A stretch of 63,977 nt of DNA, filler included. It is 5 parts of 5 records of this genome, joined end to end, with 100 filler letters (N's around TTAATTAATTAA, not from the genome) between each part and the next. Parts side by side here need not be neighbours in the genome. Positions count along the whole stretch, not along the records: positions 7,180 to 30,741 come from SRR31147125_24229; 4 more parts are not named here. One strand, 5' to 3'. A program made the translations under genes and the position numbers. This document shows, piece after piece, positions 20,334-28,812 of the stretch. The notes under the pieces are model-generated. The model did not search any database, was not told where the DNA came from, and worked only from the letters and a program-made list of their open reading frames with translations. Positions within the stretch are counted from its first letter, which is position 1. Every line of letters starts with the position of its first letter.

Positions 20334-21248
20334 TTGATTAAACGATTCTTGGACTACGTCGAAATCAGAACAAAAATTACAAGTGTATTTCCGTATCTGA
20401 TGACCCTGGCGTATTTGATTTTAAACGACAAGTCTATTGACCCGCTGCGCTCGGGTGTCTTTTTCGGCGGCATGTTCCTGTTTGACCTGACAGCTACGAC
20501 GATTAATAATTACAACGACACGAAAAAGAACCATCAGATACTTCAGTTTACCAGACGCACAGCTTTGATCATCACGATCGTTTTATTTGCGCTCAGCGTT
20601 ATGATGGGCGTCTGGCTCGTCGGCCTAACCGATATTGTTGTGCTTTTAGCGGGCGGACTGTGCTTCTTCTTCGGCGTTATTTACTCCTATGGCCCTGTTC
20701 CGCTCTCACACGGCCCCTACAGCGAGATTATATCCGGCTTTTTCTACGGCGCGCTGATTCCGTTTATTTTGGTCTATATTAATGATCCGACGGATATTCT
20801 CACCTATTCGCTGTCCATGGAAAGGCTGTCGCTGGATATCAACGTTATGCCGGTACTAGGCTTCGTTCTTCTGGCAATATTACCGTTTTGTCTGACAGCC
20901 AATATCATGCTGGCCAACAATATCTGCGATGTCGAGCATGACGTTAAGGTAAACCGGTTTACGCTGGCGTATTACCTGAAAAAGTATGCGCTGTATCTCT
21001 TTGCGTTTCTATACTACGCAGTATACGTATCGGTAGTGGTGATGGTTGTATTGCGGTTATTATCGCCGCTGAGCCTTGTGCTGCTCGTAACACTTATACC
21101 AGTACAAAAGAACATCAACACCTTTTTCAAAAAGCAGGTTAAGGAAGAAACGTTTAGTGTATCGATTAAAAACTTCATTATGATTATATCGGTCCATATC
21201 GTTTTGATTTTTCTCGGCAGTCTGCTGCCGGGCTGGGGACCTCGGTAG
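20334..21248 (+). CDS. UbiA/MenA-family prenyltransferase (DmkA-like)
   Basis: VEIRTKITS, NNYND, YSYGPVP, NNICDVEHD; multi-TM. Confidence 0.9.
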   Translation: MIKRFLDYVEIRTKITSVFPYLMTLAYLILNDKSIDPLRSGVFFGGMFLFDLTATTINNYNDTKKNHQILQFTRRTALIITIVLFALSVMMGVWLVGLTDIVVLLAGGLCFFFGVIYSYGPVPLSHGPYSEIISGFFYGALIPFILVYINDPTDILTYSLSMERLSLDINVMPVLGFVLLAILPFCLTANIMLANNICDVEHDVKVNRFTLAYYLKKYALYLFAFLYYAVYVSVVVMVVLRLLSPLSLVLLVTLIPVQKNINTFFKKQVKEETFSVSIKNFIMIISVHIVLIFLGSLLPGWGPR

Positions 21249-21411
21249 ATATAAACCGGTCCTTTATAATGCTTATTGCCGGAATGAATAACTTTTAAAA
21301 CCGGCAGAATATAATGATAGGTTTTGCGAACTTGGTCAGAACCGATGAAGGCTCCTGTATTTCCGAGTTCGCACCTTAAATAAAAAAACCTAGAACCTTT
21401 AGGAGGAAAAC

Positions 21412-22491
21412 ATGAAAAAGATTGTAGCAGTGTTGTTGGTCGCCCTGTTTGCCATAGCGCTTATGGCAGGCTGCGGGTCCAATACAACAGAACCGTCAAC
21501 AGCCCCGTCCGATTCGGCGGCCCCGTCAGAATCAATGACGCCCTCGACCGAACCGTCGGGCGGTGAAGCGGATACCGTCAAAACGGGTCTCGCTATCACA
21601 AACTCAGTCGCCAAATCAAAGGATGCCGGAGAGGAAGACGGACTGGCTCAGGCCGATTCGATCATCGTGGCCGTAACGGTCGATAACGCCGGCGTCATCA
21701 CCGACTGCGTCATCGATATGGCCCAGTCCAAGGTTTACTTCAGCAACACCGGTACGCTCGTCACACCAATGGATGCTACGTTCATGACAAAAAATGAGCT
21801 CGGCACGGAATACGGTCTCGGCGATGTGTCGTCCATCGGCAAGGAATGGAATGAGCAGGCTGCCGCGCTGGCTGCGTATGTCATCGGCAAAACAGCAGAC
21901 GAGGTCCAGGGCATTGCTGTAGATGAAAGCGGACATCCCACAGGCGCCGACCTGACTTCTTCTGTCACGGTCAGCATCAGCGGTTATCTCGACACGATTG
22001 TCAAAGCTGTTAACAATGCGGCCGATTATGGCGCAATGACGGGCGACATGGTTAAGATCGCCACCGTCACGAATATCTCACATTCTACAGACGCGACAGC
22101 CGAAGCCGAAGGCCTCGCGCAGGTCTACTCGACATACGTTGCCATCACGCAGGATGCTGCCGGCACAATCACCAGCTGCATCTTTGACGCATCCCAGTCA
22201 AACGTTAACTTCGATACGAGCGGTATGATCACGAACGATCTGTCCGTGGCGCCCATGACGAAGGATGAGCTTGGCCCCGAATACGGCCTTGGCGGAGTTT
22301 CGTCCATTGGTAAAGAATGGAACGAGCAGGCTGCTGCGTTTGCTGCCTATGTTACCGGCAAGACGGTTGACGAGGTTAAGGGCATCGCCGTCACGGAAGA
22401 CGGCCACGCCGATTCGTCCGACCTGACGTCCTCTGTCACAATTCACATTGTGGACTTTATCACTCTTATTGAAAAAGCCGCTGCGATGTAA
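21412..22491 (+). CDS. PplA-like lipoprotein with two tandem putative FMN-binding domains
   Basis: Lipobox MAGC; two ~150-aa repeats (TKxELGxEYGL..SSIGKEWNEQAAA..DLTSSVT); adjacent to apbE. Confidence 0.75.
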   Translation: MKKIVAVLLVALFAIALMAGCGSNTTEPSTAPSDSAAPSESMTPSTEPSGGEADTVKTGLAITNSVAKSKDAGEEDGLAQADSIIVAVTVDNAGVITDCVIDMAQSKVYFSNTGTLVTPMDATFMTKNELGTEYGLGDVSSIGKEWNEQAAALAAYVIGKTADEVQGIAVDESGHPTGADLTSSVTVSISGYLDTIVKAVNNAADYGAMTGDMVKIATVTNISHSTDATAEAEGLAQVYSTYVAITQDAAGTITSCIFDASQSNVNFDTSGMITNDLSVAPMTKDELGPEYGLGGVSSIGKEWNEQAAAFAAYVTGKTVDEVKGIAVTEDGHADSSDLTSSVTIHIVDFITLIEKAAAM

Positions 22492-22514
22492 GCGCAAGCA
22501 CTAACTGAATGATG

Positions 22515-22542
22515 ATCGGAGAGGCATTACTGCCTCTCCGAT
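22515..22542 (+). terminator. Terminator hairpin
   Basis: ATCGGAGAGGCA-ttac-TGCCTCTCCGAT. Confidence 0.7.
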
Positions 22543-22577
22543 TTAGTACTTAAATTTATAAACGGCAGGTAGCGCCT

Positions 22578-23630
22578 GTGAAAAGAATTATTTCAATAAT
22601 CATAGCACTTTTATTAATGCTGGTTACCGGCTGTGCCCGCACAGAGAATCACCGCTATCAGGCAGAATTTCTGTCGCTCTTTGACACCGTTACGACGGTG
22701 GTTGGGTATTCCGACAGTGAGGAGCATTTTAGAGCGTTCGCGGAGCAGGTCCGTGCTGAAATCGAAGAGTATCATCAGCTGTATGATATTTATAACGACT
22801 ATGAGGGCGTCAATAATATCAAGACCATTAACGATAACGCCGGGATATCGCCTGTGAAGGTGGACGGCAGGATCATCGACATGCTCCAGTTTGCCAAGAA
22901 TGAATACGAGGCTACAGGCGGTGCTGTCAATGTGGCGTTTGGTGCTGTTTTGAGTATCTGGCATGATTACCGGGAAGCGGGACTCGACGACCCCGCTAAA
23001 GCTGAGTTGCCGCCGATGTCGGCTTTAGAAGCGGCCTCCCAGCATACGAACATCGAAGATGTCGTGATTGACGAGGCAGCATCTACCGTATACTTAAAAG
23101 ACCCGGAGCTGCGCCTGGACGTCGGCGCTGTTGCGAAGGGCTATGCTGTCGAGCAGGTGGCGGACTATTTTGAGGCGCAGGGGGTCACATCGCTGCTGAT
23201 GAGTATCGGCGGGAATATCCTGGCTATCGGTGAAAAGCAAATCGCCGGTACGAGCGGAGAAAAGCGCTGGAATATCGGTATTCAAAACCCGAACAAATCA
23301 AGTCCCCAGACAGAGATTATGTCGGTGCTTATTGACGGCATGTCCGTCGTGTCTAGCGGCGTTTACGAGCGCTACTACACGGTTGACGGCGTCCAGTACC
23401 ATCACATTATCGATCCGGCGACCTTGATGCCTGCCACTTATTTCGCTCAGGTAACGCTTTTGTGCCGTGATTCCGGCCAGGCGGACGCGCTGTCCACAGC
23501 CGTATTCAACATGCCTGTTGATCAGGGCCTAAGCTTCATAAACGGCCTGGAAGACGTCGAAGCAGCCTGGGTTATGAAGGACGGCAGTATCCAATATTCC
23601 GCAGGCTTCCAGAACTATTTAAAGACGTAA
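22578..23630 (+). CDS. apbE: FAD:protein FMN transferase (ApbE/FmnB) lipoprotein
   Basis: Lipobox VTGC, LDVGAVAKGYA, SSGVYERY, HHIIDP, ADALSTA. Confidence 0.95.
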   Translation: MKRIISIIIALLLMLVTGCARTENHRYQAEFLSLFDTVTTVVGYSDSEEHFRAFAEQVRAEIEEYHQLYDIYNDYEGVNNIKTINDNAGISPVKVDGRIIDMLQFAKNEYEATGGAVNVAFGAVLSIWHDYREAGLDDPAKAELPPMSALEAASQHTNIEDVVIDEAASTVYLKDPELRLDVGAVAKGYAVEQVADYFEAQGVTSLLMSIGGNILAIGEKQIAGTSGEKRWNIGIQNPNKSSPQTEIMSVLIDGMSVVSSGVYERYYTVDGVQYHHIIDPATLMPATYFAQVTLLCRDSGQADALSTAVFNMPVDQGLSFINGLEDVEAAWVMKDGSIQYSAGFQNYLKT

Positions 23631-23640
23631 AAATGCTATG

Positions 23641-23673
23641 ACAAAAATATCCCGCTTGCCGGGATGTTTTTGT
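23641..23673 (+). terminator. Intrinsic terminator
   Basis: ACAAAAATATCCCG-cttgc-CGGGATGTTTTTGT followed by a T tract. Confidence 0.75.
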
Positions 23674-23713
23674 TTTTGAGTGTGTAAAACCCTCGTTATG
23701 CTAAAAAGCATCC

Positions 23714-23744
23714 GTTTATTCTGTGTTTACATTTCTGCTATAAT
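23714..23744 (+). promoter_or_regulatory. Promoter with tandem GTTTA(T/C) repeats (candidate response-regulator box)
   Basis: GTTTAT (23714) and GTTTAC (23725) 11 bp apart; TGcTATAAT extended -10. Confidence 0.6.
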
Positions 23745-23778
23745 ATAGATCAAAATAGTAATGGAAGGAGGCTGCTTC

Positions 23779-24456
23779 ATGGCTGTTATATTAGTGATTG
23801 ATGACGACCCGTATATCCGGGAGCTCGTCAGCACCTTGCTTAGAAATGAGGGCTTTAATATTCAGGAAGCCTCCAACGGACGCGAGGCACTGCAAAAGCT
23901 CGGCGAAATGAAAGTGGATTTATGTGTTTTGGATTTGATGATGCCGGAAATGGACGGTTATGAATTTTGCCGGTATGCCCGGCAGTATTACGACGATCTG
24001 CCGATTTTAATGCTGACGGCTAAAGGTGAGCTCAGCCAGAAGGTTAAGGGTTTCGAGCTTGGCACAGACGATTATCTGACGAAGCCGTTTGAAGGCATTG
24101 AGCTTGTGATGCGCGTCAAAGCGCTGTTAAAACGCTATAAGATCAACGTGTCACAAGCCGAAGAAATCGGTGCGCTGACGCTTGATAAAAACAGCTACGC
24201 CGTATATTGCGCCGGTAAGCAGACAGACATCCCCATGAAAGAATTTGAGCTTTTATTTAAGCTGGGCTCCCGTCCGGGCAAAACCTTTACGCGCGATGAA
24301 CTGATTGAAGATATCTGGGGTTATGACTTTGACGGGAATGAGCGGACGCTCGATGTGCACATTAACCGTCTTCGTGAGCGATATCCGTCTGAACAGTACG
24401 GGTTTAAAATCACAACGGTTAGGGGACTGGGATATCGGCTGGAGGTGCTTGGATAA
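23779..24456 (+). CDS. OmpR-family response regulator (HssR-like)
   Basis: RBS AAGGAGG; VIDDD, DLMMPEMDG, DDYLTKPF, ERTLDVHINRLR, TVRGLGY. Confidence 0.95.
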   Translation: MAVILVIDDDPYIRELVSTLLRNEGFNIQEASNGREALQKLGEMKVDLCVLDLMMPEMDGYEFCRYARQYYDDLPILMLTAKGELSQKVKGFELGTDDYLTKPFEGIELVMRVKALLKRYKINVSQAEEIGALTLDKNSYAVYCAGKQTDIPMKEFELLFKLGSRPGKTFTRDELIEDIWGYDFDGNERTLDVHINRLRERYPSEQYGFKITTVRGLGYRLEVLG

Positions 24457-25532
24457 TGGGCGGAAGGCTGCGTCACCAGCCCAAATGGTGGTATGGGATA
24501 ATAATTTCAGTACCGTTGTTCACCGTCAGCTTTATCGGCGGCTACGGACTGTCCAGGCTGGTTTTTCTGGCAACGGGATACCCGACCGACATCTGGCGGA
24601 CGCTGATTGCGGGACTTCTGGGCTTAGGTATCTTTTCAATAGTTATCCGGATTATTATCTGGGTGAGCAGAATACGGGGTCATAAAAAAGAACGTCTTGA
24701 GAATTTCAGAAACCAGTTTTACAGTGAAACGATTGAAGCTATGGACCGTATTGCGCACGGCGACTTCAGTGTGTTCGTCCCTGTCAATGAGCATGACCCG
24801 TTTTCAGAGCTGGCGGAAAGCATCAACCGGATGGCGCGGGAACTGGGCACGATGGAAAATCTGCGACAGGATTTTATCTCCAATGTCTCGCATGAAATCC
24901 AGTCGCCGCTGACCTCGATTGCCGGCTTTGCCGAGCTGTTAAAAAGTGAGGCGCTGACAAATGAGCAGCGCGCGCACTATATCGACGTGATTGAGACGGA
25001 GGCCGGACGCCTGTCCAAGCTGAGTGAAAACCTTTTAAAGCTTTCAACGCTTGAAAGCAGTGAGGAACCTCTTAATGTCAAGACGTTTTCACTGGATAAA
25101 CAGATACAAAACGCCGTACTGGTGCTGGAGCCGCAGTGGGAGGTAAAAAGTATCGACTTATCACTGTCGCTGGACAGGACGGAATACAGCGGAGACGAAG
25201 GCCTTTTAACACAGGTGTGGATCAACCTGATTCACAACGCGGTCAAGTTTACGCCCGAGCACGGCGAAATACGTATATCGCTGACAAGAAGCGAGACGGA
25301 AGCCGTCTGCCGTATTTCGGATACTGGCTGCGGAATAACCGAGGAAGACCGGCTGCGTATCTTCGAGCGCTTTTACAAGGCCGACCGAGCCAGAGAGCGC
25401 GTTAAAGGTGGAAACGGGCTTGGCCTGTCGCTCGTGAAAAAGATCGTGGAGCTGCACGGCGGCAACGTTTCAGTTGAAAGCCGAGTCGGCGGGGGGAGCG
25501 TTTTTGCGGTCACGCTGCCCGTTAAAAAATAA
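24456..25532 (+). CDS. HAMP sensor histidine kinase (intramembrane-sensing type)
   Basis: Two close TM helices, SHEIQSPL, NLIHNAVKF, DTGCGI, GNGLGL. Confidence 0.95.
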   Translation: MGGRLRHQPKWWYGIIISVPLFTVSFIGGYGLSRLVFLATGYPTDIWRTLIAGLLGLGIFSIVIRIIIWVSRIRGHKKERLENFRNQFYSETIEAMDRIAHGDFSVFVPVNEHDPFSELAESINRMARELGTMENLRQDFISNVSHEIQSPLTSIAGFAELLKSEALTNEQRAHYIDVIETEAGRLSKLSENLLKLSTLESSEEPLNVKTFSLDKQIQNAVLVLEPQWEVKSIDLSLSLDRTEYSGDEGLLTQVWINLIHNAVKFTPEHGEIRISLTRSETEAVCRISDTGCGITEEDRLRIFERFYKADRARERVKGGNGLGLSLVKKIVELHGGNVSVESRVGGGSVFAVTLPVKK

Positions 25533-25539
25533 GGATGCC

Positions 25540-25617
25540 GTTTACATCCCGTTTAAATACTATTTAACCTCCGTTTAATGAGTGGCCATATAATAAGGCC
25601 ATCAATTAAACGGAGGT
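25540..25617 (+). promoter_or_regulatory. Four 11-bp-phased direct repeats, -10 box and 13-bp inverted repeat
   Basis: GTTTAC 25540, GTTTAA 25551, ATTTAA 25562, GTTTAA 25573; TATAAT 25589; ACCTCCGTTTAAT (25567-79) and ATTAAACGGAGGT (25605-17). Confidence 0.7.
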
Positions 25618-25624
25618 GTTTTAT

Positions 25625-25744
25625 ATGTTCTCACTCATCGCGTTGTTATTTGGATGGCTGAAAAGCTTACTTACGGCCGATCAGACCGAAGAGGAGGATA
25701 TACTGTTCCTCGTGCATCCTGTTTCCGTATTGGAGGAGATATAA
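25625..25744 (+). CDS. 39-aa peptide, translationally coupled to the ABC ATPase
   Basis: RBS GGAGGTG; MFSLIALLFGWLKSLLTADQTEEEDILFLVHPVSVLEEI*; TAATG overlap with the next start. Confidence 0.65.
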   Translation: MFSLIALLFGWLKSLLTADQTEEEDILFLVHPVSVLEEI

Positions 25745-26691
25745 TGAGCGCTATCATAGATGTAAACGGGCTTGTGAAAAAATACGACAAGGCCAGGGAG
25801 CCTGCCGTCAAGGGCGTGAGCTTTCAGGTAAACGAAGGGGACTTCTTCGCGTTTTTGGGCCCCAACGGGGCCGGAAAGACGACAACGATCTCGATATTGA
25901 CGACAACGCTGTCTAAAACGTCTGGGTGTGTAACGATTGCCGGATGCGACGTGGAAAGTCAGGCGCAGCGGGTGCGGGAGAAGGTGGGGATCATTTTCCA
26001 GCAGCCGAGCCTGGACCCACAGCTGTCGGCGGAGGAAAACATCCGGTTTCACGCGTGCCTGTACGGCATGTATGGTTACCGTCCCAGTTTCCGGCTGATG
26101 CCGGAAGCGTACCGGAAACGTGTGCTGGAGCTTGCTGAAATCGTCGGTATACAAGACGCGCTGTTCAAGCCCATTAAAAAGCTGTCGGGAGGTATGCAGC
26201 GCAAGCTGGAGATTATCCGAAGCCTCATCCATACGCCGAAGATTTTGCTTCTTGACGAGCCAACGCAGGGACTAGATGCGGTAAGTCGGCGCAGCCTCTG
26301 GGAGTACTTAAACAACGTGCGCAAACAAAATGGCACAACGGTGTTTTTAACGACCCATTATATCGATGAGGCGGAGCACGTAGACAACGTCTGCATCATC
26401 AACCACGGTAAGATTGCCATAACAGGCTCACCAGAGGATATGAAGGCCAGCCTCTTAAAACAGGAGCTGATTGTCGACGCGGCGGATAGGAAAGGGCTGC
26501 TCGCGGAGCTTCGAGCCATGGGGCTTGGCTGCCGGGAAGAGGGACATATCGTTGTACCGTATCAGGACCGGTCACCTCAGGAGATTATTGCCGGCCTTCA
26601 AACGAGGCTGACGGTGCTTAAAATTCAGGAGCCGTCTTTGGAAGACGCGTATATTGAGTATCTAAAGAGGACGGGAGGCGAGGCAGCATGA
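25744..26691 (+). CDS. ABC exporter ATPase (DrrA-like)
   Basis: GPNGAGKTT, LSGGMQRK, LLDEPT, TTHY. Real start is ATG 25744 with RBS GGAGGAG. Confidence 0.93.
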   Translation: MSAIIDVNGLVKKYDKAREPAVKGVSFQVNEGDFFAFLGPNGAGKTTTISILTTTLSKTSGCVTIAGCDVESQAQRVREKVGIIFQQPSLDPQLSAEENIRFHACLYGMYGYRPSFRLMPEAYRKRVLELAEIVGIQDALFKPIKKLSGGMQRKLEIIRSLIHTPKILLLDEPTQGLDAVSRRSLWEYLNNVRKQNGTTVFLTTHYIDEAEHVDNVCIINHGKIAITGSPEDMKASLLKQELIVDAADRKGLLAELRAMGLGCREEGHIVVPYQDRSPQEIIAGLQTRLTVLKIQEPSLEDAYIEYLKRTGGEAA

Positions 26692-26695
26692 GCAA

Positions 26696-27511
26696 ATGAT
26701 ACTAACACAGCCCGGAATCCAGTCGCGGTTTATGCGTGAGCTCAACGCAATCATCGCTATTGCCGGACGGGACATCACCTTGTTTTTCAAATCGCCGGGT
26801 ACAATCATTATGAGTCTTGCTATGCCGGTATTTATGATGGGGCTGCTTGGCGGCAGCCTTCAGCAGAACATGGCGGGAGGACTTGGCTTCGATTACGGGA
26901 CCTTTATGCTGGTGGGCATGCTCGTTAATATGCTGTTTATGACCACGACAACCGGTATCGCCTCCCTCGTAGAGGACCGCACGACCGACTTCACACAGGA
27001 AATGATGATTTCGCCTGTGTCCCGGTACGCCATTGTCATCGGGAAGATCATCGGTTCATCTTTCGGAGCGATTGTGGGGATGATCGGCACGCTGATTGTT
27101 GGCCTGTTTATGGGCATCACGCTGCCGTTTTCAGAAATGCTGGCCGTCCTCGCGCTCTCACCGCTGATGTGTCTTTCGGCCGGCGCACTGGCGATGATCG
27201 TTATCGGACTTGTCAAGAGCAACAAGCTGGCCAATATGGCTGTTATGCTCATCACTATGCCGCAGATGTTTTTGTCGGGTGCGATCATACCGATTAGCAA
27301 CTCCAGCGGCGTGCTGCTCGTCATCAGCCGTATGATGCCCATGACGTATTGCCTGGACCTCGTGCGCGCGGTTGTCTACGCCGGGACGCCGGAATATGAC
27401 AGCGTTGTTCTGTTCAATCCGGCCGTTACGCTAGCGGCCATCCTTGTCATCACGGCGGTCTGCCTCGTCATCGGGACGTTCTTTTTCGCCAGAATCGAAA
27501 AGAACAGATAG
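26696..27511 (+). CDS. ABC-2 type permease
   Basis: Six TM helices; EMMISPVSR, FLSGAIIP, PMTY. Confidence 0.9.
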   Translation: MILTQPGIQSRFMRELNAIIAIAGRDITLFFKSPGTIIMSLAMPVFMMGLLGGSLQQNMAGGLGFDYGTFMLVGMLVNMLFMTTTTGIASLVEDRTTDFTQEMMISPVSRYAIVIGKIIGSSFGAIVGMIGTLIVGLFMGITLPFSEMLAVLALSPLMCLSAGALAMIVIGLVKSNKLANMAVMLITMPQMFLSGAIIPISNSSGVLLVISRMMPMTYCLDLVRAVVYAGTPEYDSVVLFNPAVTLAAILVITAVCLVIGTFFFARIEKNR

Positions 27512-27574
27512 TTTAATACATGACAAAACAGTGATTTAAATCAATTTTCAATAACTAATCAGGAGGTTTAAACA

Positions 27575-28192
27575 ATGTCAAACGAGAACCTTACATTAAC
27601 CGATCAATTTATTAAGATGGGACGGCTGGTTATGAAGACGCGCCTGCGCCATTTGGGTGACAGCCCGGAGCCGGATCTCTGGCGGAAAAGGCTTCTGGGG
27701 CTTATTAAGTCGCATCCGGGCCTGACACTGACGAAGCTGTCCGAGCTCTTAGGCCGCCGCATACCGGCCGGTGAAGAGCTGCTGCTTGGCCTGGAGAAAA
27801 AAGGCTATATCGAGCTGACGCCCAAGGTAGGCGGCAATGAAAAAATTGTTGCGCTTACCGAGCTTGGCCAAAAAGAAGCCAGTATTCCGATCTTTGACGA
27901 GGCGTTCAGCGTACTGAGTGAGAATGAACAGACAGCGATGTGCGCGTATATGGCACGGGTCATCGACGAGCTGGAACGCAAAGCGGTGGAGGACGGTGAG
28001 GACGGCAGCTGCCCTGCAGACGATTGGTTTCCGGGTTCGATGCATATGGGCGGCCTGGCCGGCTTAGCGCGTATGCGTAAGATGCACGCCATGTTCCGCT
28101 CCGGGAAAGGATCGGGCGGGCACTGTCTGGACGGCTTTGGACCGGGCGGCACGTTCGGCGAGTTTTTGTGGGATTACCGCAGCGGGATATAA
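27575..28192 (+). CDS. MarR-like winged-helix protein with a Gly-rich tail
   Basis: GLTLTKLSELL..LEKKGYI..LTELG; FSVLSENEQ. Confidence 0.65.
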   Translation: MSNENLTLTDQFIKMGRLVMKTRLRHLGDSPEPDLWRKRLLGLIKSHPGLTLTKLSELLGRRIPAGEELLLGLEKKGYIELTPKVGGNEKIVALTELGQKEASIPIFDEAFSVLSENEQTAMCAYMARVIDELERKAVEDGEDGSCPADDWFPGSMHMGGLAGLARMRKMHAMFRSGKGSGGHCLDGFGPGGTFGEFLWDYRSGI

Positions 28193-28197
28193 AAACA

Positions 28198-28223
28198 GCC
28201 CGATTGTTGCATAACAATCGGGC
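28198..28223. terminator. Bidirectional terminator
   Basis: GCCCGATTGTT-gcat-AACAATCGGGC between convergent genes. Confidence 0.75.
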
Positions 28224-28235
28224 CTCCCTAATTTA

Positions 28236-28628
28236 TTAGCCAGGGTACGACTTGATGTCCAGCACCGGCGTGTAGTCCAGCATATCCACGCCTGTGAAGC
28301 GGATGCGATTGCCTTCAATGGCCGTAATCGTGATAATTGAGATACCGATAGCGTTTGGCCGGCGAGGGGAGTGGGTTGAAAACACGCCCGTCATTGGTCC
28401 GGTGCCTCCGCGCTTGGCGACCGTCAGCTGATACCCGTCGGACTCATGAAAGTAAAAAATGAGCTGATATTTCTCGCCGGGATGCATGTCCGCAATGCCT
28501 TCAAGATACTGCTTGTCCAGAATAATTTCAGCTTCGGTAACCGTATCGTCAGCGCCCCACTTGGGCGTGTCCTTAGTTGTTTGATACGGCGAACGGATGG
28601 TCCCGATGGGGTGAAAAATGATATCCAT
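28236..28628 (-). CDS. TsaA/TrmO-like SAM-binding protein (short form)
   Basis: PIGTIRSPY, GVFSTHSPRRPNAIGIS, DMLDYTPVLDIK; RBS GGAGG. Confidence 0.88.
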   Translation of the reverse strand: MDIIFHPIGTIRSPYQTTKDTPKWGADDTVTEAEIILDKQYLEGIADMHPGEKYQLIFYFHESDGYQLTVAKRGGTGPMTGVFSTHSPRRPNAIGISIITITAIEGNRIRFTGVDMLDYTPVLDIKSYPG

Positions 28629-28726
28629 AACGTCTGCCTCCAATTATAATTACAGCTATTATACGCTTGAGCTGCAGAGCAATCAATACCGCAGGCCTGG
28701 GAGACGATATAAGGCAAGCCGGTTGC

Positions 28727-28775
28727 AAAAGCACAGTAACAGAACAGGAGCCAGTCTGTTCGTTACTGTGCTTTT
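28727..28775 (-). terminator. Terminator hairpin
   Basis: AAAAGCACAGTAAC-AGAACAG...CTGTTC-GTTACTGTGCTTTT. Confidence 0.65.
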
Positions 28776-28812
28776 AAACAAAGTGTTGCCGGGGTGTTAT
28801 GCTTTAGTAGCG

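Noticed and set aside
21325-21373. Stem TGCGAACTTGG...CCGAGTTCGCA in the lipoprotein leader as an FMN riboswitch
   Set aside because: It is too short and lacks the conserved RFN motifs; it may be only a stabilising hairpin.
25654-25743. N-terminal extension of the ABC ATPase in the ORF track
   Set aside because: ATG 25744 has a proper RBS, and the upstream region is better explained by the 39-aa ORF in another frame.
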